This document shows, in pieces, positions 34,205 through 46,510 of a stretch of DNA of 64,000 nucleotides. Made by a program: the position numbers and the translations under genes. Under the pieces are notes generated by a model. That model did no database searches. It saw nothing but the letters and a program-made list of their open reading frames with translations, and was not told the DNA's origin. Position 1 is the stretch's first letter. Every line of letters begins with the position of its first letter. The stretch is from Macrostomum lignano (Eukaryota), in assembly GCA_002269645.1 (NCBI GenBank), contig NIVC01000082.1, forward strand, positions 477,199-541,198, read 5' to 3'.

Positions 34205-37200
34205 TGTCTTGGGTGGTGATTCTGGATTAAATGCACATGAAAGATTAATTACAGGATAGGCTGTTTGTTATTTAGTCTATATATAGTTAGGATACTCATT
34301 AGGACTTCTAGTATCAAAGCAATCAAGACATCCTAGGAAAGTACAGTATAGTTATAGTTGATAAATTTTAAATAAATAAAAGTGTTTAGCTTTATATTTG
34401 TTATGACATATTTGTACTCTACTATCATTATATTCTATGCATTTTGCCTTTTTTATTGAAATATATCTTGAGCTTCCTTGAATTTTGCTATTTTATAGTT
34501 CTGGTCCTTCTTAAAATCAAGGTATAAAGTGACATGTGCACTAAAAATTTGCTATTGTTATGAGTTATAATAACATATTTTTATTAGGCATTTAAATAGT
34601 GCTAAATAAATATTGAAATAAAGGAAAAAAGTTAAGGGAATTTGTAAGTAGAAATATCTATAAATAAATAAATAGACCAACCTACCATACATGTTTATTT
34701 AATGGAAAGATCATTACCAAATAAATAACAAGCACAAAAATATAAAAAGTTATAACCTACTCTAGAAGGCACAGTAGAAGCTGCTACTACTCAATTTATA
34801 TATTAGATCTTTTGAAAAATATTTGAAGTCATTAAAATTCAAAATAATAGAAGAGACCTAAATTATAAATAGTATTAGGTTTTATTTATTTATATTTTAT
34901 GTCCATTTACATGATTTACTCCATTAGAAACCAGTTGTTTATGGTATATAGGCTTGGTACCTACATAGTGTTAAGCGAAAATAAACATTATAAGCAAAAG
35001 GGAACGTAAAATTATTATTAACTTTAAGTTAAATGATTGTTTTTTTACTTTAAAAGCTAGATTAGGGTGAGCTTATAAGTTATCTGTTACAAATTAAAGC
35101 CTCTAATTAAAACAAGTTTGAATACGAAACGTCGCAATTGTAAATATGATGAACACGCTTTACGTGCTCTTTACTTTATTTAACTAAAATAAAAACTATA
35201 CTATTCTAAATTTTCACAAAAACCTGTTAATATTTAAATCACGTAATGTTTTATCTGGTTAATTGTTATAATGGTTTGTTTCTTAAAATATAGTAAACAA
35301 CTATTTGAATTACTTTCCCGTGACCTGTTACTAGTAATAGCACTTCAAGAGCAGCAGCAGATTGGTGTTAGAAATAATTCCAGTTGCGCTTTTTGTTTTG
35401 TATAAAATTTAGTTTCTTTAATACCATTTTTAAGAGACAATAATAAAGTAAGCAGGGCGACTTGGCCTAAGACTATAAAAGTCAAGTGAACTTTTTTTCA
35501 GGACAATAGGCCCTACATTAACAATTGAATTTCAAAAAAAGTAAATTCAAATCATGTTTTGCGTCTTTTGGCCTACTAAGTACTAAATCTAATTTTTTTG
35601 AAATAGCTGTTTAATTTTGTTAATAATTTAAACTACTGGGTAGCATCCTTCAACTAAAGTTAACAAAGACTAGGCTTAGCTACCTCCTGCACCTGCAATG
35701 GATGAATACTTACCAGTAAGTTTTGTTAAGAAACTAAATTGTCCATTTTTGTTACAAAATATTCTTGAATGGAAGTATCCTTGGTATCTGGTTGATTCTT
35801 CTAATGCCTTTTTGTCTAATCCTTAGATGAAGGGGCTACAGGTCAAAAGGGCAATAGATCATAAAGTCAACAGTCAAAGGGTAACAACAATCATAATATA
35901 TTTATTACAATTACAAGTTCACATGTATTAGACTTCTATGTGTTCAAAATATATTTGTTAAAATGTATGAGTAATTAAAATTAGGCCTAGACTTATATAT
36001 GCATATTTGTTAACTTTGTTAAAATTTATTTTATGAGTAGTAGTTATATGAATTTGCAGTCTACTTTATAATTATTTGCTAAATATAGAAAAGTTTTATG
36101 AATATCAATATCAATAGACCTATAAAAAAGGCAAAACATATCAAAAGATGAGCATTGGCTCATTGAGTCTAGACTAAGAGCAATAACAACTTTCTGTGCT
36201 AAGAATGAAAACTTGCTATGTTTAATATATATTTTTTGGAAAAAAACTACCTCAAAATGTTCCAACAGGGTTTCCTGTCCTTCAATACTTGAGTAGGCCT
36301 TGGTACATTACTATACATGCATGTACTCTAAGCATGCTTAGGCGCAACCTTGGGACCAGGATGGAATTTTTGCTCAAAAGTTGTTACACGTTTGTGCACG
36401 CTTGTCAAATTTGTATGCGCTTGCACGCTAAAAAGGAGCCTACTTGTGGGCTCTTAAAGAAGGTGTGTGCGCGCTCCATTGTATGCGCTTGCACAAGAAG
36501 CTGTTTGCCACAGAATCACAGACAGGATTTGACTTTTACATGCATTCAACAAGGTTATATGCCATGTGGCATATGCGCGCTTAAGTTCTCTTCTTTTTCA
36601 TAGTCTGGAAGGTTGCATGACCAAGATGGCCACACACCAAAATGGCCACAGCTCTGAATGGCTGCTTGGATAGGAGTAGGTCTATATATTTCCTCATTTC
36701 CTATTGGCTATGATTGGGATGGGGTATGACGTAGCTTCAAGTCTCAGAGAAAACAGATTTCGTTAGTGAAATTAGACTAAGTAAAACAAAAAACACTTCC
36801 CTTTACAGCAGGTATTACTACCTACTAAAGCTAGTAGCACTACTAGCACAAGACATTTGATTTTTGTATCATGGATAATAGTTTCAAACCTATCTCAATA
36901 TACTAAAACTGACGTGTTGTTTGTATATGTTAAAAGTTAAAGGTAGAAGGTAAAGGTATTAGTTATGATAGAAGTTAGCAAAAATTGGAGTGCCCTCTTG
37001 TCTCTCATCTTTTTTCTCATCTCTGCACTCTTGTCTCTTATCTTTTCTCTGTCATCTCTGCCCTCTCGTCTCTAATCTTTTCTCTCTCTCTCTCTCATCT
37101 CTATTCTCTCCTTTCTCATCTCTTGCCCTTTCCTCTCTTATCTATTCTCTCTCTCATGTCTGCCCTTTTCTCTCATCTTTTTTCTCTCATGTCTGCCCTC

Positions 37201-38289
37201 TCCTCTTATCTTTTCTCTCTCTCATCTCTGCACTTTCCTCTCTCCTCTCCTCTCCTCTCTCCTCTCCTCTCTCCTCTCCTCTCTCCTCACCTCTTTGCTC
37301 TCATCTTCCTTTTCCTCTTCATTCTCTTCTCCCTTTCCTCCTTTCTCCTCTCCATTAATCTCCCTTCTCTTCTCTCTCCGCTCGTATTTAATCTCTCCTC
37401 TCATCAACTCTCTTCTCCTTTATTCCTTCGCCTCTCCTTTATCCTATGCTTGTATTTCTCTTCTCTATTCCTTACCCTCTCTCCTCACCTCTGGCCCGCT
37501 CTGTCATCAAGACTCCTCACTTCACTTTGGGGGCCAATGAAGCGGACTAGAAGGGCAGTCATGAGCTGGGTTCTCAATCGAGGTAAAAAGTTTGCCAACC
37601 CCTGCACTAAAAGCACCTGGCTTAGTCACATTAGATAAAAACTACATGTATAGTGGAATGGATTGAGAACAACGTGAACTAGCCTCTCTACTCTCAACCT
37701 CTCTACTCTCAACCTCTATCTACTCTCAACCCCTCTATTCTCAGCCTCTCCACTCTCAGCCTCTCTCTACTCTCAGCCTCTATCCACTCTCAACCTCTAT
37801 CCCCAGCCCCTCTCTACTCTCAGCCCCTCTCTGCTCTTAGCCCCTCTCTGCTCTCAGCCTTTCTCTACTCTCAGCCTCTACTTTCATCTTCTCTCTCAGC
37901 TCAGCTTATATCTAGTTCTAAAATCTGAAGTCATACTCAAACAAAAACTTGTCTTTCAAAAACATGTATTGGCAAAATCTCTGGCCTGCTGTCTCTCTCT
38001 ATGCCCCTCGGATCCTTTGAAACTTCTATCTTCTCTTTTGTTTCCTCTCTCTCTCTTCTCTTCTCTTCTTTTCTATCTCCTCTCTCCCATCTTCTCTCGT
38101 CAATCTTCCCTCACCTCTCTTCTCTTTCATCTTTGCTCTCTCTTCTCATTTATCTCTGGTCTCCACTCTCTCCCCTTAGGAAAGAAGGAAAGATAGGAAA
38201 GATAGATAGCAAACATAGGAAAGAAGCCTATGTTTGAAAAAGTGCCCGACTTGTACCAGCTGAGGCCAGCTAGAAGGCAATGCGGGATA

Positions 38290-38450
38290 GATATTGTTGT
38301 AGAATATCCAATCGAGAATGTGCCCACCCACCTTCTGGTGGATGGGGGCAGTGCGCTGTCTTTGCTAAGAGCCTAAGATTATTCTAAAAAAATCACTGGA
38401 AGGAGCCTGGAGGCCTTGGAGCCCCCATGTGTGAAGGCCATGTCATGCCA
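38290..38450 (+). pseudogene. Degenerate retropepsin (retrotransposon aspartic protease) fragment
   Basis: Manual translation DIVVEYPIENVPTHLLVDGGSALSLLRA*; LVDxGS catalytic-type motif at 38335-38352. Confidence 0.4.
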
Positions 38451-38786
38451 TTAAAGATTATAGGACTGAGAAAATGTATTTATTAGGAGTTAGTCTCCCA
38501 TTCAACCCCCGCTGAGTGGCAGAATGGTAGTCAGCCCGTGATTGCTTAATCCCCTCCCAATTAGCATATTGAAAGTTTGCTCGTGTTGCCCCATTGGATA
38601 CCGCTTTTTGCTTATTTACATGCACTTTCCATTATATTCAAACTATGTTGTGACTCCGTGCTCATGTGGCAATGTTTAAACATTTAGGATTTGAGCTCAA
38701 ATTTGAGCTCGTACGGTATGTGTTTATTCCCTATAAGTCAATATTATCTTGGAAACTGGAAAAATTGCTATGGGTCTGCCCTGCAG

Positions 38787-39420
38787 GGGTTGCTTTCACA
38801 AACGCAAAATTTCACAACCGCTAAATCATTTACTTTCACAACTGCAAAACTTCATAACCGCGAAACTTCACAACCGCTAAATCACCTACTTTCACAACCG
38901 CGAAACTTCACAACTGCTATTTTTTTGCAGTCACTTTCATAAACGCGAAACTTCACAAACGCGAAACTTTACAACCGCTAAATCACCGCACTTTCATAAG
39001 CGCAAAACTTCACAAACGTGAAACTTCACAACCGCTAAATGTTATCTACTTTCACAACCGCAAAACTTCATAACCACGAAACTTCACAACCGCTAAAAAG
39101 ACTGCAATATATGAAAGTATGTGCAAAATTTTTAGCAGTTGTGAAGTTTCGCGGTTATGAAGTTTCGCGGTTGTGAAAGTAGATGACATTTAGCGGTTGT
39201 GAAGTTTTGCGTTTGTGAAGTTTTGCGGTTGTGAAGTTTCGCGTTTGTTAAAGTGACAGCAAAAAATTTAGCGGTTGTGAAGTTTCGTGTTTATGAAATT
39301 TAGCGCTTATGAAAGTAGGTGATTTAGCGGTTGTGAAGTTTCGCATTTGTGAAGTTTCGCGTTTATGAAAGCAAGTGCTTTTAGCGGTTATGAAATTTCG
39401 CGTTTGTGAAACCCACCCCC
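38787..39420. mobile_element. Foldback element whose arms are tandem arrays
   Basis: (tttcacaaccgcgaaact)-type repeats on + at 38795-39095 and their reverse complement at 39135-39410. GGGG/CCCC ends, flanked on both sides by ccctgca. Confidence 0.75.
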
Positions 39421-41329
39421 CCCCTGCAGGAGGTCCTGCCCCGCTGTTTAAAAATTTGTAGGAACAATGGAAGTCTGGGACTGTTAAAATTAGCACATTT
39501 CAGTTTGATTTCTTGTGTTTGTTCGCACCTCGTAGGTCAGTGCAAAATTCTCTATTCTCTCTCCTCTATCATCTCGACCCTCTCTCCTATCATTTATTTC
39601 CTGTCTTATCTCCTCTCTCTCATCTCTTATCTGTACTCTCCTTTAACATCTCTCCTCTTTTTTCCCAACTCTCCCAACTCTTCTCTGAACTTTCTCCCCT
39701 TTACTCTTTCACCTCCCCTCTCTACTCTCTCCTCCCTCTCATCTCTTATCTCTCTTGCTTTCCCATATCTCTTCTCCTTTCTACTCTCTCCCTTCTTCAT
39801 TCTTATATTTCCTCTCATCTCTCTTCTCTCCCTTCCCCTCTTCCTGTCCTCTTGATTCTCCCCCTTTATTCTCCTTTCTCCTTCACTCCACTTCTCTTCC
39901 ATTGTCTTTCATGTCTGCTCTCACATATTTCTCTTCTCTCTCCACTCGTCTCTATAATCTCTTCCCTCTCCTCTCTCCTCTGTTCTAGCTCTACTGTCTC
40001 ATTTCTCATCTCTTCTTTCTCATCTCTCCTTTCTCCTCTTTCATCTCTCCTATCTGATCTCTTCTCTTTTCTGTTTGTATCAGACTTGTATCTGTACATA
40101 TGTGTATCTGTACATTTAGAGGTTCGGCTTATTTTGACGAGATTTCAGAATTGTCACACTTTGATTGAAGCCTTGCGTCTCTTGGGTATCAGTACTTGCT
40201 GAAAAATACATGCATCTCATATCTGTGCAAATTTGCCGCAGTGCATAAAGAGTACAAATGATATTTACATAAATAAATCTGAGGCTTCATGCTAAGTGCT
40301 GCATGCAAAATCACTATATTGAGTTATTTATTTATGAGCCAAATTGTTATCATGGTTACCAACCATAGCAGTTGGCTAAAATGTTAAAACTGAAAAAAAT
40401 TGCAATGAAAAATAACGATATGGCTGATTTGAGGTGAGCTGTTTTATATAGATAGATTTTTATCTCCACGCAAGCCAGTCAGTTATTGAGACTGTATTTA
40501 TATGACTTCCAATCGTATCGTATCAGTACAGGCCAAGATTGAAAAAATGTTGCTCTAGGGTTGGCTTGAGTGTAACGATCCGTGAGGCATCACCACCACT
40601 AGGGGAGCAGTGTGAGGAATGTTTGACCATAAATTAACTCTTTGCTCATTCAAGCTTGAATTGATAGCAACCCCGCCTACCTTTTGTATTCAACTCAAAC
40701 AACAGAATATGGCTCATATGTGAACTCAATAGAAGTGGAAATCAAAAATAAAAAACTGCATCAGTTGCCACCCATTCACGATATTTCATATTATTTCTTG
40801 ATACCAACAGATTGACAACAGTTTGTAGCAATGAATAAATTGTTTTTCTATGAAATCTTTCATCAGGCCTAGCTGTTCTGCGAATGTGGGTGCAAAAGGT
40901 ATCTCATATCTGCATTTTAATAGCTCGTATACGTAGCTCATATAATATCATGCATAATGATGGGGATGATGGGATGATGATGAATTACGGAGGCAGAAGT
41001 GCACTGAGTCACACATACATGCAGTGACTAGCCCAAATAAAGGCTGCTTGCTCTGTAAGTGCGACGCAATGAACCCCCCATCCCAAATTTGAACATAAAA
41101 CAAAGTGTAATATCTGGCAAGAAATGTGCACAGTGATTCTTAAATATGCTCCAGGGCTATATTGGGTGCAGCAACTAAGTAAGTGTGGATTTTTTGGCTT
41201 TTTTAACTCGTTATGATCTGAAATGGCAATAAGGTACGGGTGGCATGGATAGATGACAACATGCGCTTTGCTCTCTCCTTTACCTCCTTTGCTGCCTTTC
41301 TCTTCTGAAGCTGGCCGATCAACTGGATC

Positions 41330-41491
41330 GCATGTGTGCGGAGCAAGAGCTTCTATGGTTCCATCAGCATGGCGGACTGCGGAGCCATGACAGTGCAGTG
41401 ATAAACGCTTAGTGCAGCGATAGTATGTGTTGCCATTTTGGCGCGTTTTTTCATCCATCAGATGGCCAAGGTCTCGTTGGGCATACTGCAC
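41330..41491 (-). pseudogene. FLYWCH/WRKY-like zinc-finger fragment
   Basis: TYYRCTKRLSLHCHGS....APHTC shows the C..C..H pattern of FLYWCH domains associated with Mutator elements. Confidence 0.55.
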
Positions 41492-42127
41492 TAGAAGGTC
41501 TTTTCCGTGACTGCATCCTGCACCTGTAAGAATCTCAAAGGGCTGGGGAGTTGGGCTGTGGGGCGGTGCAAGCTCTGCTGGAGGAATTTGAATGGATTCT
41601 TCCAGAGCTGGATCAGGGTCATTGAAATCTGGATACTGGTAAAACTAAACCCCCCATTGCAACCCCACATCTCCCCACCCGAAGCTATCCAATAGTAAAC
41701 CAGCTGTCATTTTCCGTGACCCCCACCCCAGCTGTGGCCATCTTGGTGTGTGGCCATCTTGGTCTTACACCGTTTTTATGCTGGAAAATTTCAAAACAAA
41801 AGTAAAACAAAGAATAATAGTTTTAAGCAAAAGCAGTTACTTTAAAGTTTAATAAAACTCTTATAATTTTTAAAGAATATTTTCTTAAAAGAAATGTAGT
41901 GTTTAAGCTGCTTTAAACTTCAAGTACAATTTTTTTATTTGTGTCGGCATAGAATTGAAAAACTAGAAAAATGAAATTTCATTTTTTGTGTATGGGCTGC
42001 CATGATCCGCATTATGACTTATTTTTATAGCTGGCATGCACATTTGCATGTTGCTCTAAAACTGTGTGTGCACATTTTCCTACCCCCGAGCAAGAATTTC
42101 ATCCTGGCCTTGCGATTCACTCAGCCA

Positions 42128-42231
42128 TTTCTATTGGCAACATACACGTGTAAGTTTCTATTGGATTAAATAGTAATCATGTGACTGCTCTCAGCCAATA
42201 GCAACTTACATGTATATGTTGCCAATAGAAA
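42128..42231. repeat. Short hairpin, ~29-bp imperfect inverted repeat
   Basis: tttctattggcaacatacacgtgtaagtt / aacttacatgtatatgttgccaatagaaa. Confidence 0.75.
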
Positions 42232-44419
42232 CAGCTGGGTGATTCCCAAAGTTGCACATGTATGACTCTTAAGTTTTCTAAGATGTACATTTTAACTATT
42301 TGTACATTTTTCACTTAATTCATTTTTTAAAAATGTAATTTTTGACAATATATGCAAGTCTAATACATATGCACTTGTAACTGTTATGACTGTCGCCTAC
42401 TTGACTGTCACTTTTTTGACTATCATTTTTTCAACTGTTGCCCTTTTAATTGTTATCTTTTTGATCTGTCATCCTTTTGATTTGTTCCCAATAAAAGGAT
42501 TCAAAACTCAGTAAAAGAAAAAAGGTCTTAAGGTCTTTAAAAAAAGGTCCAAGCTAATAAACCTATTGAACTAATTTACATTGTCATGATAATAATATAA
42601 TATAATTGCACTATTTGCAATTAGGTTTATTAAAATCAAGTTTCTTGGCATGAAGATAACATTTTAAATGTTATGAAGGTCACTAAATTTAGTGGATCTA
42701 GCTAGAAGCTAGTATATTTTTTAGTATACTTCTTATCATATTTATTATTTATTTATCATATTTTATCATTCTTTGTGGCTATGATACCACACTTTACACA
42801 GTAACATCAACTTCCTTTCAATGAAATATCATAAATATCAGGCTTGCCAACTCTTGGTTGCCCATTTCAACAAAATTGTAAAAACTTTTTTTACCAAAAT
42901 AAATGCAGATTTCAAGTTATAGCATATACACCATATCTCACTGAGAAATAGTCTATAAATTTGTTAGACAAAATGACTCAAAAAATCTCTTAGATAAAAT
43001 GGCATTAAAAGTAAAGTCATTAGACAAAACAACCTGGAATCATATCATTTTGACTATCCTCTAGTCATTTATTATATCAAACTATTTGATATAGCTTGGT
43101 GCAATAATTTTTTGAAAGAAAGTAGCAAAGATAAAATTTTATTTTGTGTATAGTGTTAAGGCCTATACAATTCATTTAATACAGTGCTAAATCATAAATA
43201 GTTGCAGACAAAAGGAAATGCAGTACAATTGAAAATATAAGAGATATAAAATTGAAGAAATTTTAAGGAAAAGTGGGAAAAAGTAATTATAAACAAATAA
43301 AACTGAAAATAAAATAGTCCATAAATAACAATAGTTTATAATGTTAATAGTATATTCTAATTTCTTACCAAATTAGGCATAGTAAAAAATTACTTTCCTT
43401 AATTTTGTTTTATATAGCTATTTTGTTGTTTGACCATTCTGCATATAGTCATTTTGATGGTACCCCACTTGTGGCAAATATATGCATTGGTATTTATGCA
43501 TCTTTTTAATCCTTATTTAGGAATGTATCAAAGATTGTGCAGTTGAAAAATGGTCAAAAAATGTCACTTATCTGAAAGACACTAAAAATGTTTTTATGCC
43601 ATAACATATGCTGAGCAAAATATGCCTAGACAAATACATACTAGAAAATTCTGGCATATAGGCCACCCTCTTTAGCATGGTTTAAAGAACTAAAAAAGTA
43701 CCTAAGTGTTTTTTTGAGCTGATATGATTGCTTTGATCTTGAGAAGTATTTTATTTGAATAATAAGAATATATTTGCTATTTTTAGAATATAGAAAATAA
43801 GAATATTGATGTAACTGCCCTTGGTGTCCATCCACTCTGCGGGGAGGTGAACGTATGACCATAGGGGGGGGGGTCAATGACTGTAGGCTGCCTATGACTG
43901 GGCAATGACCTGACAGACCTGCAGCACCAGACTGTCCCGTCCACATGATTTATAGCTTTGATAGCGCTTTCGTGACCAGAGGGCCAAGTACCCACATGGA
44001 CCCCACCTGTAGCCAAGGTGCAATAGTTGGTCACTCGGTTGCCACCACTCTATGTGACCTGGCGCACCTAGATCTCACTACCAGACCTCTCGAGGCTAGA
44101 GCCCCGCCTGGATTGGTTACCAGGGGATTTAGGCTAACAGGGGAGACGCATGCAGCCGAGTACAGGGACTCTGCTTGGGGCATGATCGGGAACTCTGGGC
44201 TCAATCTGGAGGATTTCTCAGCAGGGGATCCTTTGTGGCTGTGAACGAGGCGGACTTGCGGTTTCAATTACTGAGAGTAGTGTGAGGCGAACATGTACTA
44301 GCTATAGTTTAGATTGCTCAGGGCGAAGGGACGCGTAAGCATGGGTTGCAACCTTTCTGCTGCCATTCTGCGCCGAGACCCGCTACTTCCCTCTACTGCT
44401 CCCTCTACTTCGTCCAAGT

Positions 44420-44590
44420 GAACTGCTGCGACTTCGGCGACTCCAGCTGGCAGGCCACATCATCCGCGCCGAGTCGCACTGCCCGCAGCTGGTGCAGGAG
44501 GTGCTGCTGCTAGCGCTGCAGGCCTGCTGGCCGATTCTGGCGCCCCGGACTCTGGTGCCAGACAGCATACTTTGTTGTTGTTGTTGTTTC
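44420..44590 (+). mobile_element. 5'-truncated 3' end of an RTE-like LINE
   Basis: RRLQLAGHIIRAESHCPQLVQEVLLL matches RRLQLAGHVIRAEGYCPQPVQDVLLL of the full element; ends in (TTG)n. Confidence 0.8.
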
Positions 44591-44699
44591 CCACACACGA
44601 ACCCGCAGCAGGCACACACAGGCGAGCTTTGCACGGGGAGAGGCCATCAGCTTATCCAAACTTCCTTATGCTTTGCCACCCAGGGAGAAAGGCTTAGCA

Positions 44700-45950
44700 A
44701 GCCATGAATGAAATGATAGTGAAAGTGTGAATAATGAGGAGTTAAGTAATTGTTAATAATTAGGCCCTTAGACATAATAAACAGGCAATTAGGCGGCTTC
44801 ACTATTGAGTAAAATACAGCAAAGATACAATAACGCAATTGGCTCAGCTCTCTAATCAAGCAATGGGAAATAAGCAAACCCCGGATAAGCAAAGGCAATT
44901 GGAGCACAAATCAGTACAGGAATTTACCAGCAGCACAGAGAGAGAGAGAGCGACGGAGTGACCGAGGACGGCTGTTGACTGCGGACAGGCAGGACGTGAA
45001 GCAGCGATGCGCTGAAGCGACGAGGCGCTGATCTAGCTCAGGCTGAGGATGCTGGGCGGTATCAGACCGCGGCCCGGCGGATGAGCTCGCTTGGGGAGCT
45101 AAAGGAACTTGGCGGTATCAGACCGCGGACCGGCAGAGGTTCGTTCTATAGACGATTGGGTCAGATCAACGTCTGACAGCAAGTCCAAAGAAGCACCACT
45201 TCGGAACAAGTGCGTATAGTCGAAGCGTCTGAGGGTTCTCACGCCGAAAACCGCTCCCTTAAATAGCCTTCCCAGCCGCCGCTCCGAGGTCGTTTCCATG
45301 ACTCTCTCTCTCTCTGATTGGCTGCCGGAGAAATGACGTCAGAATGAGTCATGATAAGAAGCATGAGAACGCCATAGCAACATAAGAAATGGGGAAATTA
45401 CGCAATCCGGAGGTGGAGTGGGAGGATAATTGGCGCAGCAGGATGTCGAAGAAGTGTTGCGCAAGCAAACATTGAGAACAATGAGGCGCAGGCCGAGAAC
45501 AAAGGTAATGGAAATCCGGGATAATTGGGGAAAACAGAACAATAGAAAAGAGAAAATCTGGGAAAATGTGATGATTAGGTGCGAAAACGAGAACAAAAGA
45601 ATCAAAAACGAGAACAATAGAAGCGGAGGCGGGGTGGGTGTCGTATGAAAAATCTTGAGAAGAGAACAATAGCATGAGAAACGGTTGCGCAAGAGGGCGT
45701 GATGAGTCATCGGGTGAAGGAGGGGTCAGAAGGCTTGCGTCACCGCTTGGGATTCTAAAAGGAGATGGGGCGACGGTGAGCACAAGAAGTACTGTAATTA
45801 AGCACGGGATGAGAAGGGGACAGTGCAAGAAAAACATGCTAAAACAGGAGGAGAAAAGGTGAGAAAAACATGAGAAGTACATGAGAAAAGGGGAGGAGCG
45901 CATGAGAAGTGGGGAGGCGGGCGAGGGGCACGTAGGGCTCCGGAAAGGCA
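44700..45950 (-). mobile_element. Possible solo LTR
   Basis: On the minus strand: pyrimidine-rich U3-like segment, TGACTCA and TGACGTCA, CCAAT, CTATTTAAG, then an AT-rich U5-like tract, the same layout as 18390-19372. Ends not resolved. Confidence 0.4.
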
Positions 45951-46510
45951 AGTGTGGCTGAGTGGGAGACGGAACAGAGACAGCAGGGGCGCAACAGAGC
46001 GGGAGTCAGTCAGCCTGGTCAGGGACCCGGCCCAGTCTCGACAGCTCTGCCCAGTAGGTGCACAGGGATCGGGGATGCTTCAAAAAATTTCCCTCACGAT
46101 CCCGCGACCAGAGCGTGGTTACATCAATATATTCTATAGAATAAGATTTAATATTCATTTCAAGAGTTGTAACTATAGGATAAATACATTTTTTAGTTAT
46201 ATTATAAAGCATCTATTTTCTAGGTTTCCATATATTGTTAATGAAGGCTTAACTAATAAATATGATGAAAAAAGATAATAAATAACAAGCCTTTTAAAAA
46301 AAGGTATATTTAAAAGTTACTTTAATAGCATATAAAGCAAGGCTTATAAAAACTATTTTCTACAATTTTTTCTTATGGTCTAATTCTAGTTCCCTTGACA
46401 TACGTTCAACTATTTCTTGACTTTCTACTATTTGTGTCTTCTGACTTATATTAGAAATATTGTTTATCAATATTGTCTTATTTTTATAAAGATTTGAAAC
46501 TGATTTTTAG

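Larger units (their letters stand above)
36990..40075. repeat. Several CT-rich low-complexity tracts (36990-37500, 37680-37900, 37990-38170, 39545-40075)
   Basis: Directly visible; source of spurious S/L- and E/R-rich ORFs. Confidence 0.9.
36618..41765. mobile_element. Putative Mutator-like element bounded by ~36-bp inverted repeats
   Basis: gaccaagatggccacacaccaaaatggccacagct (36619-54) vs agctgtggccatcttggtgtgtggccatcttggtc (41730-64). FLYWCH-like ORF inside. No TSD found. Confidence 0.5.

Noticed and set aside
43810-44330. Possible LTR/PBS (TGGTGGCAACC on minus at 44037-47)
   Set aside because: No adjacent CA terminus or paired ends could be defined.
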